Positions 26,515 through 38,828 of a stretch of DNA of 64,000 bases are shown here, piece by piece. Every line of letters starts with the position of its first letter. The stretch's first letter is position 1. Made by a program: the position numbers and the translations under genes. The stretch comes from Macrostomum lignano (taxonomy: Eukaryota): the NCBI GenBank assembly GCA_002269645.1, contig NIVC01000051.1:186001-250000 (forward strand), given 5' to 3'. Under the pieces are notes generated by a model. The model was not told the DNA's origin, ran no database searches, and was given only the letters and a program-made list of their open reading frames with translations.

Positions 26515-27462
26515 GTTAGGTAGTAGGTATAGTAGGTAGCCAGGTAGGTAGGTAGGTAGGTAGGTAGGTAGGTAGGTAGGTAGGTAGGTAGGCAGGTAGG
26601 TAGCCAGGTAGGTAGGTAGGTAGGTAGGTAGGTAGGTAGGTAGGCAGGTAGGTAGCCAGGTAGGTAGGTAGGTAGGTAGGTAGGTAGGTAGGTAGGTAGG
26701 TAGATAGGTAGCCAGGTAGGTAGGTAGGTAGCCAGGTAGGTAGGTAGGCAGGTACGTAGGTAGGCAGGTACGTATGTAGCTGGGTAGGTAGATTGTTGGG
26801 TAGGTAGCTCGGTAGTTAGGTAGATTGTTTGATTGATAAAGTGGCTTGGTAAGTATGTAGGTAGGTAGGCAGCTAGATAGGTAGCCGTAATGTTACCTCC
26901 CTAGCCGTAATGCTACCTACCATAGGTAGCTAGGTAACGGTAGATAAGTAGGCAGTGGCGGCGCAGTATCTCTGGTCGGGGGGGGGGGGCAGTAGTTAGA
27001 TGGTCACCCCCACTTCCCCTACCAATCGTAATTAAATTAACAGACTCAGAAGCCAAAACTTACACGTCACAGTCATCACCTTAGTATCTCTTAAACACGT
27101 GGAAGAAAATTAGTTTAAAGTAAGTACATAAGGATCCATCCACAAATAGAAAGTATTCTAAGAAAGTAAAAAATTACGAACAAATTATGACACACTTCTA
27201 ACAAAACGAATGTACAACACGAAAATTATTATAAAAATGCATTTTTAATCATTGATGCAAGTTGCATAGCAGGGGGTGACCATCTGCCCTCCCTTCCTAG
27301 GGTCTTTTCGAGGGCCGTGAGAATGGTGGGGTGGTCACCCCTTGAGGCAGTGACCTGTGGTCACCCGGGGGGGGCAGCTGCCCCCCCCCCTGCCCTCCTG
27401 CGCCGCCACTGTAAGTAGGTAGGTAGGTAGGTAGCCAGGTAGGTAGGTAGGTAGATAGGTAG
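26515..27462. repeat. (GGTA)n microsatellite interrupted by a MITE
   Basis: GGTA runs on both sides of 26953-27411. Confidence 0.9.
26953..27411. mobile_element. Non-autonomous DNA transposon (MITE), hAT-like, 459 bp
   Basis: Perfect 14-bp TIR CAGTGGCGGCGCAG (26953-26966 / 27398-27411). 8-bp TSD TAAGTAGG (26945-26952, 27412-27419). Confidence 0.88.
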
Positions 27463-29124
27463 GTCGGCATTGACGAGTTAAACAGTTCGGGCTGTTCGGT
27501 TAAGATTTTACTTAGTCACCTCAAATACAAGCAAGGTGAGGGTCTAGTAAGTAAGGAAGATAGATACAGATAAGGGCAAGTATTCAAAAGAAGAAGCAAG
27601 GTGGAGCGGAGGCCTGCTTTTTCTAGAAGGTTAGGGTGAGAGTTTTGGCGCCAGTAGGGTTTTTGAGCCATGAGGGGGTGGTAGCCAATTGTCACTATAG
27701 TTGAGGCAAGTTTGACAACAATGAAAACCGGCAAACTGAATGAACCCCCCCCCCTTATGATCATTATTTATGGCTTGTTATATCTTTCAAAACAGTCATG
27801 CCAGACGACAGGGGGCGTGCAAATATGCTTTATTTATAAATTAGACCATGAGCTAAAACATCTCCAGCTAAACTTGATGATGAATTGAAATCTATTCCAA
27901 AACAAACAGGAGAGACGAGTCCAAAATATTTCTTTTTTAACGCATCAAAAGCTGCTTCTCTTTGTCGGCGGCGGCAGTGGCGGCAGCGGCAGATGGCGCT
28001 GACACGCAAGCAGGCAGGCAAGGCCCAAGTCAATTTGGGGTGGAGGAGGGTGTGAAAGGGTCGCATTGTGCTGTGGCTTGCCTGCCAATTTTGGCGCCGG
28101 TTAGTCTGGCGCTGGTTGAAGTTGGAGTTGGAGTTGGCGCCTTAACCCCGTGTTAATTATTGGTGTAAGAGCTAGACAGCAACTCCCACTATCTCGTGTC
28201 AAATAGTTGCTCCGGTGACAGTTTTATGCATGCATAATGGTATAGTGGCCTACTTGAGTTGAGATTCCAGTCCGGCATCAAAACATGTACACCAAGGGTC
28301 GGCAAACTTAAGGCCCAGATTGAGCATGCAGAGAGAGAAAAGCTGGAAGGAATAGAGAAGAGAAAAAAAGAGTTTGGAGATAGGAAATTAAAAGGCGATG
28401 GAATAAGGAAGAAAAGAGGGGAGAGAAAGGATAGGATAGGAGAGAGAAAGGAGATCAAGAGAGGAGAGGAGAGGTCCTTTCCTTTAAAACTTACTTGAAA
28501 ACTTACTTACTTAAAAAATTACTTGACTTTTACTAACGCGCTCGCTTACCCATTTTTTGTATGTTATTCCAGTCCTTTATCCTTTACCCAGGCAGGCACT
28601 TGAAAATCTCAACTCTCAGCTCTCCGCGGCTCTGAGAAATGCAAGACCGTATTACCGTTAATTACATGGGTGGCAGCTTTCACGCTACTCATAGTAGAAA
28701 TACAAGAAACTCAAAGTTAAGCCTACATCGCGTCAAGGCTAGCCTACAGACCACTCGACGAAATATCTACACTCCCCCGGAATTGAGGACCCCAGGTACG
28801 GAGTATTGCTCAAGATGGATTTAAATTTTAACGCGTGCGCTGCGCAGAATTTCCGGGTTGCATGGAACGCGTAAATTTGAACCCATTACCACGGAGTTGA
28901 TTCTTCTTTCTTATAGTTAGTTATAAAAAGCCTCCTCCTAAAACTGAAATGTGCAAAGTTTACACTTTTATATCGTCTTTTTTGTCGACAAAATTTGTCA
29001 CATTTTTTAACTTCTATATGTTTCACAAATAGAATATTTTATTACTTTCAAAGATGCAATTTTGAGTGAAGCTAGCACTTGTGAGGGATTTTTTGGCCCC
29101 TAAAGGCTAAAGGCTTATCAAGAT

Positions 29125-30960
29125 TATATATATTAAGACACAGAGGGGAGGCCCCTGCGCCAACGCGCTCAAGGAATAGGCGGGAGGGGCAGGCAGCAGC
29201 AGCCTAAGGGGTCAGCTCAAGCGCATGGACAACTAGAGTAGAAGGACGCTACACTCGCGAATCGTGTAAAATTGGCTAGGGGCCAAAATTCAAAAGTCAA
29301 TATCTCTTGATTGTCAATATTGTCATTGATCATAGGCCTAGGCATTAGATTTAAGATCTATTACAGCTAGTACACAGGCTGGATGTATAGACTAGCTTGG
29401 TCATTGTCCATTACTGAATACAGTGTAGACATGCATGGCCTAATATTAATAATAGTAGGGAATGCTATACTACTAGATAGGCCACAGGCCTACTAGAGTA
29501 GAGTATACCTTATAATTATAATTATAATGTAAATGAAAAAAATAGAATGTTACACTTTCGCGATGAAAGCCATATAAAATTCAACAAAGTAATAACTCTT
29601 TTAACTTATATCAAAATAAGAACTTCACTGCTTCTTCAACTCAAATTTAGCTGCCTATTTCGCGTGAAAAATATTATATTCTTCTATCTCGCTAGTGTAT
29701 TTACGCAAAAATTTGGCCTCCAGCCCGATTTCCAAGAAAGCCGAGTGTGGCGTCCTTCTACTCTAGTTGTCCATGCTCAAGCGCCTGCAAGTCTCAGCGC
29801 TGAACCAGTCCGTTAGAGTGGCAGTGCGGGCCTGGTCACGATTGCTCGGTCGGCCGGTGCAACAGGGCCAGGGCCAGAGGGACGGGCGCTCCGCGGCCCA
29901 GGGTCCGTAGGCAGTGGCCCAGCAGCATCTGGCGAAGCCGGCGCAGCGTAGCGCTCAGGGGCAGAGTTCCAGCGCGGGCCATCAGAGCGTTGGTCGGCAG
30001 GCGTTCCGGGTGGTGTACGCCCAGCGCGTATAGCGCAGCAGCAATCGGTAGAGCGCATCCAGGGCTCGCTCTCGCGTCTCGGTCAGCGGCACAGCCTCCA
30101 TGCCGTACAGCAGGATCGGCTCGACGGCCGCGCGGAACAGGCGCACTTTCAGCAGGTCGTCTCTGGCAGCTCAATTGAAGACGTTCCTGAGGAGATGCGC
30201 GGCGCGCCAGGCCTGGTTCGGAAACAATCGCATCGGGGTCGTCGCACACCGCGATACGGTCTCCATTGGGCAGCGTGAGAGTTGGGGCGGTATTCGTGCC
30301 CACGTGCAGCGCAGCTTAGTTTTGCTAGCGTTCACCAGCAGCCCAACACGGGCGCCCTCGCCGCAGAGCCTTGTGAGAGCGCTCTGGGCAGCAGCTGGAT
30401 CGCGGCAGAGCAGCGCGCGATGTCGTCAGCATACGCTATAGAGCGGGAAGCGAAAAACAGCAGGGTGTCTGGAGCTTTCGGCGTGAGACCAGCAAGTTAG
30501 CTGTCATCCTCGCGGAGAGACCGACGATCGGAAGCACGTCCATAAACACGAGGAAGAGCAGAGGCAGAGCTGAGCCGGCGTGTCGCTGAAGGACGCCTGA
30601 GCTGGTGCCGAACACTTCTGTGGTGGGGCCGTCGCTCGACATGACAATTGACAAAAGCCATGGAGTCGCGGTAGAGGTCCATCACCGCGCTCACCAGCGC
30701 AGCAGGTACGCCATAATTTGAGATAGAAGCCACGCGATCGCAGGCCTGGACACCGAGTCAAACGCGCCTTTGCGAAGTCGACGAAAGATGATTGACACGG
30801 AGCGTTGGCGGGTCTTACAGGCCTCGATGACAGAGCGGATGGTTGTAAACTGTTCAGTAGTGGACCTGCCCGGACGGAAGCCGCTTTGGAGGCTCAGCAG
30901 CGAGCAGTGGATGAAGGCCGGGCGGAAGAGGTGGTTGCGGTTGCGCAGAATCGTGTTCAG
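29125..30960 (-). mobile_element. Decayed, 5'-truncated non-LTR retrotransposon (LINE) RT, RTE-like
   Basis: Across several frameshifts: LQSGFRPGRST, FVDFAKA..FDSV, GVLQ..LAP(L)LF..MD, YADD (30422-30433), GLLVNASKTK, LKVRLFRAAVEPILLYG, LLGHCLR. The 3' part resumes left of the MITE (DLQALELTP..) and ends near a TA tract. No endonuclease seen. The clade call is inference. Confidence 0.88.
29224..29775. mobile_element. MITE, 552 bp, P-element-like termini, nested in the LINE relic
   Basis: 34-bp TIR CATGGACAACTAGAGTAGAAGGACGC(T/C)ACACTCG with 1 mismatch (29224-29257 / 29742-29775). 8-bp TSD CTCAAGCG (29216-29223, 29776-29783). AT-rich non-coding interior. Confidence 0.85.
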
Positions 30961-33170
30961 CAGCTAATTCGGAGATGCAGTGCATTCCAGCGCGATTTTT
31001 TCTGGTCTCCGCCTAAGGAGGGGGGGGGGCGCCCGCTTCCCCGCCCTCTTCCAAGATGGCGCCACTGATCATAGTTAAAATCAAAATCTCCAAATGGGAT
31101 GTTAGAATAATATATAACGGATTATCACATTTCTCTGAAATGTTAGGGAAAACAAACTTGCACCTACAAAACTGACATCTTACAATAAATTTCTACATGA
31201 CTTAAAATATAGATTTTCAAAAAAACCGAGTTTAAAAATAAGCTTCACAATATATGCAACCAAGTTAAATTTTTTTTTCAAAAAGTCCTTTTGTCTGCCG
31301 TCTTGAGCAGGGGGCCCCGATCGATCGATCGACAACGACAAGTTGTGAATAAAAATGTACGCGAAAATTGGCGACGAAACCTCGTGGCGAATATTCATAA
31401 TAGAAAAGTTAATTTGCCAGACATATTTTTTTGCGATGGCGAATTGTTTTTAAAAAAAGATGTGATAGTGATTGGCCCCGTGAGTGGCCCCACCACCGCC
31501 ACCGCGTCGTATCAATCATGGTCGTCTACGAATATAAGGCGGCAGACAAAATGACCGCGTGCGCGTACCACTAGTTCTATAGGCATATTGTTCTTACATA
31601 ATAAGACTTCATAGGCCCATGGCCATGGCCAATTGGCTGCTTTATTTTGCAACTCTTATTTCTATAAAGATTGAACAAAGCATTTAATTGTTTATAATCC
31701 TATAGTATTGAAAGTAATTGATTTTCTAAATTCTAGGCCTATGTAATTTTCATAAATTCAAGTTTCTTATAGTTAGTTATAGGGCTAGTCTCTTGTCTTC
31801 TAATAACTGACCAATTTTTAGAAGCACTTTGTTGATCTCACAATTCTTAGGCCTATAAAAATATGAATTAGGCCTAGCTATCACATTTGTCTAAACATGA
31901 CTTTTGGCCACAGAGGCACATACTTAAATTTGCAACAGTAAAGGGGGCAAGGCAGGAGGGAAAGCATTGAAGCAGCGGTGTAGTGTAGCTAATTACAGGA
32001 TAAATATTTTACTTTAGTCAACTTGCAATTTAGATTTAATCATTCAAGTGTTATAAATAGGCTTTTCACAAAGATTGGTTCTAGAGCTAGTATCAGTAGG
32101 AAAATAAAAAGTTTTGAACCTATTTGATGTTTGTAACTCTATCTCTACCTAGAAAAGTGCTTTGCCAACTTCTTATACTAGGTGACCCATTAGGCCTACT
32201 TTTATAATTTTATAGGCCTAATCTCTATACACAATACACTTCAAGTTCAAGTTTTGTTTTTAATAAAATAGGCCTAATGTATGTAGTGTTCCGCCATAGC
32301 CATAGCTATAGCTACGGGATCCTATGGCAAATATGGTAAAATAGGTGCCTATGGGTAGGGATTCCAAAATCCCGACATTTTACAATCCTGGGATTGAATA
32401 GTCCCAAAATCCTGATGCTGTTGAAATCCTGGGATTCAAAATCCTGGAATCCCAGTGCTTTTGCAATCCTGGGATTAAAAATCCGGTGGCCACAATTTAT
32501 GGTGGCCAGATCGGCCAGGTCGGCCAGCAGATGCGCATGTATGTTTTGTATTTTTATATTACATTTGTTAGAATGCAACAAAAGCCACTTTGCTTTGCAG
32601 CTATAATAAAAAAGCTACTAATATAGTAATATAATAGTTTAGATATAGAATTCTAAATCAACTAAAAGAAATTGTTTTTAAACAAAGATTTTTCTAATTT
32701 TCAGTTTATTGCTATAGGGCCTAATATAGATTGCCTTTATATAAAAAATAATTATTAGATTCATCAACTTAGATTGCTTGCTTGTGATATACTTTAAAAA
32801 CATAGATAGATTATTAAGATAGCTTTTTATAAAATATATATTAACTGCTCAAACATTTTTAAACATTATTTAAAAAACATTTTTAGTAGATTTTTTATTT
32901 TTTATTTAAAATTTATTCAGAAAAAATATTTTTAAATATAGCTTAGATAATCAGATTTATATGAAACTCTTATAAGCTATCTATAAAGTTTTGCCATAGT
33001 TGCAGATATAGCTATAATTAAGTTAGAGAATAGCTTAGTGGTTTTTAGCTAAAACCAACTAAGGGGTGTGCAATAAATTTCTCAATGCATAAAGTGGGAA
33101 TGTGATATACATAATTTGGCATTGTAGGTATTATGTAGATTATTTTATAATTATATTTGTGCAATTTCAG

Positions 33171-33900
33171 ACCAATTCACTCTATAAAGCTTTTTCTATA
33201 TATACAAAAAGCTAGTGTATCCTCTAACACAGAGAATTCACAATGGCTCAATAAAAAACCTCATTGATAACAATGATTAATTATGGCTACAAAAGTGGTC
33301 TAAGGTGACAAGAGAGCTTTAGTGTGTAGACTCTTCTAGAAAGTACCTTGAAAAAATCTGATTGTCAATTGCTCCCTATATATTTCAATGTCTATCCCTA
33401 AAACTCATTGTATATTCTTTGTATTTCCTATATTTAGTACTATTGGCCAATAAGTAACAAAGACTAAAATCATTAAAGCTTTTGATTTCATAGGTGGAAA
33501 AGTAGAAATAAAATTTGCCATTTTTTAAGCTTTTGTATAGGAGCTCTTTTCTTTACTTTTGGGAGTGTTGATGTATGCTTAGAGCTTGAAGTTTGGTGAT
33601 GACTTCCTTGAAATTGATGAAGAAGAATTGGCTTGGAGGTTCAAAGCAAGGAATGAGTCTGTTTGTAGATCAGTTCCACCTGAACAATTGATGGAGTTCC
33701 ATTGCTCTGATGGTTGGGAACCTCTATGCAAATTTCTGGGAGTTCCTATGCCTGACTGTGTATTTCCCAGGCTCAATGATGAGAAAGAGTTTCATGAATT
33801 CTTGGCAAAGATTAAAATTGCTAATAATTTGTGCAGATGCGCTTATGTTGTTGTGGTGGCTGCTGTTGTGATCATTTTTTGGCAGCTATTAATCTATTGA
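33171..33900 (+). pseudogene. Sulfotransferase (Sulfotransfer_4 / schistosome SULT-like) fragment; only the last ~105 codons are intact
   Basis: 33583-33900 encodes FG..DEEEL..F..RNESV..VPPEQL..DGWEPLCKFLGVPMP..FPRLND plus a C-terminal hydrophobic helix. An in-frame TAG at 33580 and an apparent frameshift lie just upstream. There is only a weak, disrupted resemblance to the AKVIL..W motif at 33171-33304, and no RTGT PAPS motif was found. Confidence 0.6.
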
Positions 33901-34585
33901 TTGATTGATGACTTGATTGATTGATTGATGAATTGATTGATGAATTGGTTGATTGGTGGAATAGATTGATTTATTGATGAAAGAGTTGGTTGATTGAATG
34001 GTAATTAGATTGATTGATTGATGAATTGGTTGATTGAATGATAAATAGATTGATTGATTGATGAAATAGTTGGTTGATTGAATGGTAATTAGATTGATTG
34101 ATTGATGAATTGGTGGAATAGATTGATTGATTGATGAATTGGTTGATTGCATGATGAATAGACTTATTGATTGTTAAATTGGTTGATTGATTGATGAATT
34201 GATTGATTTCTTGATGAATTGATTGATTGATTGATGAAGTGATTGACTGATTGCATGATGAATAAATTTATTGATTGTTGAATTGGTTGATTTATTGATG
34301 CATTGGTTGATTGATTGATGAATAGATTTATTTAATTGATGAATTGGTCGATTGATTTAATGATTAATAGATTTATTGATTGATTGATTAATATGTTGAT
34401 TCATTGATGAATTGATTAATTTATAACTTGTTTGATTTATTGATTGATGAACTGCTCTATTGATTGATGGATTAATTAATGGATTGATATATTGATTAAT
34501 TAATGGATTGATTGATTGATTAATTGCTTGTTTGATTGATTTCTTGATTGATTGATTGATTGATTAATGGATTGATTGATTGAGT
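33897..34585. repeat. Degenerate (GATT)n microsatellite
   Basis: Visible; its first TGA is the stop codon of the sulfotransferase-like frame. Confidence 0.92.
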
Positions 34586-34942
34586 TTTAGCATAAGTTTT
34601 TTGTGTCAAAATTAGTCAAAGCTATGATGATATTTGTGAGATGATGCAATTGAAATGGTTTGCTCTAAGTGCATGCGTAAAATTAAAAAGGTAAAGCGAG
34701 TTCTTTATATAAAACATATTTTTATATTTCTTAATATTTGCTTAATAGGCTAATCTAGTTACTAGTTTTGCAACAAAAAATTGTATCTAGTCATTGCTAG
34801 TTATCTTTGCCTATGAGTGTTATCAGTGCCCCCTCTCAAAGGCAGCTATAATTGTTATATGGCAATTGTAAATGCTAAATTAATAATAGGGTCTATAGAA
34901 TAATCTTTCGTACTCATTTATGGTAATTGAAGTCTTCACATT

Positions 34943-37900
34943 ATGGCATTGGAAGTAATTCATAAGAAATTGATCCAGTGTAAGTAGAAGCAAGGTTATA
35001 TTATTATAATAATTGCATTTTAATCAATTATTATTGCAAACAATTTTTTTCTTTTTGAATTATTTTTTTCTAGTATGTGCGCCCAATGACCTGCCTTCGC
35101 CAGGAGAATTACAATCAACTTTTGAAGAATTCGGTGCTGCACTTGACAAGCTCAATGAGATAGAGAATGGTTAGTAGACTTTGATATTGATATAGAAACC
35201 TAAAAATAGATAGATTTAAAAATTCCAAGTAATTAAATCTCTTCAATAGAAATTATCATATAATATCATTTTTTTATTCAGTCCATTAATTTGAGGCTTA
35301 TAAGCATAAGAATTAGTCTGATGGTTGTGCGATTTTGCAACCCATGTAAGCCAACCTCCACCGGACAAAGTTTACATGCCTGACGGTTAGAAAGTCAGGG
35401 CCGCTGCACATCCTGTGTACATACATGTGTATATATTTGAGCACTTGTATGTGCTCAGAAGCCAGCGAAATGGTCAGAGTAACCGTCAGCACTGGTTGAA
35501 CACTAATTAGATGCCGAGGGTGGATAATAGTTACTCCCGCCTTTTACCCTCTAACTAAGTGAACAATTATCAAAATTTATGATTATAGGTTCCGCACGAT
35601 ACTCTCTTTTCTACGGGAATTGGCCAGCCAATGCTGAACTCGACTGAAACTGATCGTCTTGGCCAGCTGTCCGAACTGCGACAGCATGTAGCCAGTGCCA
35701 GCGGTGGCTTCGTTAGTAGCGGCATTGGATTTGCCAACTTTGGCCTGCAAGGTGTCGGCCTGCGAGCTGAGGAGGATGTTAAAGTGAGCGCTGTTCTTGC
35801 GTCTGTTGCTGGTTATTTAGGCTGATGGGACTCTGCCAGCCTCCCAGATCCTCAGTTGCTGGGCCAGCCTCCCGGATTCCCAGTTTCTGGGCCAGCCTCC
35901 CAGATCCCCAGTTTCTGAGCCAGCCTCCCAGATCCTCAGTTTCTGGGCCAGCCTCCCAGATCCTCAGTTGCTGGGCCAGCCTCCCGGATCCCCAGTTTCT
36001 GGGCCAGCCTCCCGGATCCCCAGTTTCTGGGCCAGCCTCCCAGATCCTCAGTTGCTGGGCCAGCCTCCCAGATCCTCAGTTTCTGGGCCAGCCTCCCAGA
36101 TCCTTAGTTGCTGGGCCAGCCTCCCAGATCCTCAGTTGCTGGGCCAGCCTCCCAGATCCTCAGTTGCTGGGCCAGCCTCCCAGATCCTCAGTTGCTGGGC
36201 CAGCCTCCCAGATACTCAGTTGCTGGGCCAGCCTCCCAGATCCTCAGTTGCTGGGCCATCGTCCCAGATTTCGTAGGTGAGCTAACACTCTCCCAAATCA
36301 TCTTTTATTGATCCCTTAGTTCCCACAGCTACAATGTCCTGTCAAATTTGTCAGCCAGTAAGCGATCGCCTGTCTCCCCTGTCCCCAGGCTGGCCAGCTG
36401 CTACTAAAGGTGCCCCGCAGTCAGATGCTGACTCACACGGATGCACTACTGTGTCCAGCCTGGCGAGCCGTCCGCCTATCCGACGATCCAATGTGCCAGC
36501 GAATGCCAAACGCCTGTCTGGCTCTGTACCTGCTGCACCACCTTAGTCTGGGCCCGGCGTCTCCCCATTCAGCCTATCTGAACAGCCTGCCAACAGGCAT
36601 AGCGCCCGTGTGTTTGAGCTCTACTCCAACTGTTTATCGTCGGCTATCTGTTCAACCAACTGTTCGGGAGCGAATATTAATCGAATTGCGCAACACTTGC
36701 CGGCAATATTTGTACTTTTATCGGTTGTTTAGTCAAATACGATCCACTAGTAGTGATGCCAACTTATTGCCATTGGCTAAATCTGGTTGCTTCACTTATG
36801 CCGCTTATCGTTGGGCGGTTTCCATGGTAATGTCGAGAAATAATGCCGTACCAATGACTGGAAACAACGGGGACGGATTGTCCAATAATGGAACTGGGAC
36901 AGAGCTGGCTCTGGTGCCTCTGTGGGATATGGGAAATCATCGATTTGGTCAGGTTGGTGTAACAGCGGCTCATGCTGTTGGATTGAAGGCCAAAGGGCTT
37001 GGGTAGTGCCTGCCCTATGATTGGTTAGGTAGGGTAAAGCAGTATACTCAATGACTGGTGGATGAATTGGAGCAGTCTACTCAATGTTTAGTAGATAAAG
37101 TAGAGTAGTCTACCCAATGATAGATAGGTGAGTAGAGTAGTCTACCCAATGATAGATAGGTGAGTAGAGCAGTCTACTCAATGATAGATATGCAAGTAGA
37201 GCAGTCTACTCAATGATAGATAGGCGAGTAGAGCAGTCTACTCAATGATAGATAGGCGAGTAGAGCAGTCTACTCAATGATAGATAGGCGAGTAGAGCAG
37301 TCTACTCAATGATAGATAGGCGAGTAGAGCAGTCTGCTACGAGCTCATTAAAAATCATTTTCCCCACTAAACTGTCCCAGATGTCAACAGACTACTCTCA
37401 GGAGGACAGCTGCCTAGTGTTCTACGCAATGGAAGACGCTCCGGCGGGCAGCCAGCTGTACTTCATGTACGGCCGTCGCAGCAACGCCGACTTTTTTCTT
37501 TACTCCGGGTTCAGCCTTGAGCCTGGGGAGAATCCCTACGACACTGCCGACCTCAGACTCGGCCTGAATCCCAAGGATCGGCTGATTGAGGCTAAGACTC
37601 GTCAGCTTCAGGCTCTCGGATTGGAGAGGTGAAATATTATCATTGTAATACCACGTATGAATTCGAAACGGAACTTGTTTAGAAATCCTATACCTATCGC
37701 ATACAGAATCCACACCTATATCATACCAGAATCCCACACCTATATCATACCAGAATCCCACACCTATATCAACCAGAATCCCACACCTATATCATACCAG
37801 AATCCACACCTAAATCATACCAGAATCCCACACCTATATCATACCAGAATCCCACACCTATATCATACCAGAATCCCACACCTATATCATACCAGAATCC

Positions 37901-38828
37901 CACACCTATATCATACCAGAATCCCACACCTATATCATACCAGAATCCCACACCTATATCATACCAGAATCCCACACCTATATCATACCAGAATCCCACA
38001 CCTATATCATACCAGAATCCCACATCTATATCATACCAGAATCCCACACCTATATCATACCAGAATCCCACACCTATATCATACCAGAATCCCACACCTA
38101 TATCATACCAGAATCCACACCTATATCATACCAGAATCCACACCTATATCATACCAGAATCCCACACCTATATCATACCAGAATCCCACACCTATATCAT
38201 ACCAGAATCCCACACCTATATCATACCAGAATCCCACACCTATATCATACCAGAATCCACACCTATATCATACCAGAATCCCACACCTATATCATACCAG
38301 AATCCACACCTATATCATACCAGAATCCCACACCTATATCATACCAGAATCCACACCTATATCATACTAGAATCCCATACCAGAATCCCATTCCAGAATC
38401 CCATACCTATCCCATACTAGAATCCCACACCTACCCTATATAGAAATGCCACACCGGAGATACCAACCCTATCTAATACAGGAATCCCACACCCAATCGC
38501 CCACCCCATCCGCAGATCTCAGCTATTCCACCTGCCAGTGTCCGATCCAATCCAGCCGAGCGTGCTGGCATTCGCTCGCCTAATCTGTGCCCAATCAGAC
38601 GAAGAAGTATCCATGGCAGTTCACTCCAGTCCAGATTTAAATCGTCGAGCTGGTCAATTTCTAGTCAACAGGTTTCGCTTATTGGCTGGTCCATCTGCGG
38701 CGGCTGTGTCATCCGATAATGATCATCCTCTAGACGATGTCGATCGATTTCTGGCTGGCGAGAGAGCGAAATTCCAACTATTAGTTGCAGCCTATGAACG
38801 TTGGACTGAATCTGATCAGGTTAAGTAG
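34943..38828 (+). CDS. SETD3: SETD3-like actin-histidine N-methyltransferase; exons 34943-34979, 35074-35169, ~35589-35783, 36389-36952, 37381-37628, 38516-38819/38828
   Basis: Motifs matching SETD3: GVGLRAEEDVK, KVPRSQMLT, YRWAVSMVMSRNNAVP, LALVPLWDMGNH, FMYGRRSNADF..SGF, LGLNPKDRL, VLAFARL. The exon 2-3 junction and the true last exon are unresolved. Confidence 0.88.
35833..36262. repeat. 28-bp minisatellite (GGGCCAGCCTCCCAGATCCTCAGTTGCT), SETD3 intron
   Basis: Visible tandem units; same family as 53475-54580. Confidence 0.95.
37090..37336. repeat. 32-bp minisatellite (GAGTAGAGCAGTCTACTCAATGATAGATAGGC), SETD3 intron
   Basis: Visible tandem units. Confidence 0.92.
37700..38420. repeat. 24-bp minisatellite (ATCATACCAGAATCCCACACCTAT), SETD3 intron
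   Basis: Visible tandem units; source of the YHTRIPHL artefact ORF. Confidence 0.95.

Noticed and set aside
31050-31065. CAAGATGGCG YY1-like motif (similar motifs at ~52707 and ~55975)
   Set aside because: Short motif with no transcript evidence; insufficient to call a promoter.
32345-32490. Repeated AATCCTGGGATT palindromes and TAGGCCTA enrichment at 31.6-32.3 kb
   Set aside because: Possibly a decayed MITE or low-complexity DNA; I could not define TIR ends or a TSD.
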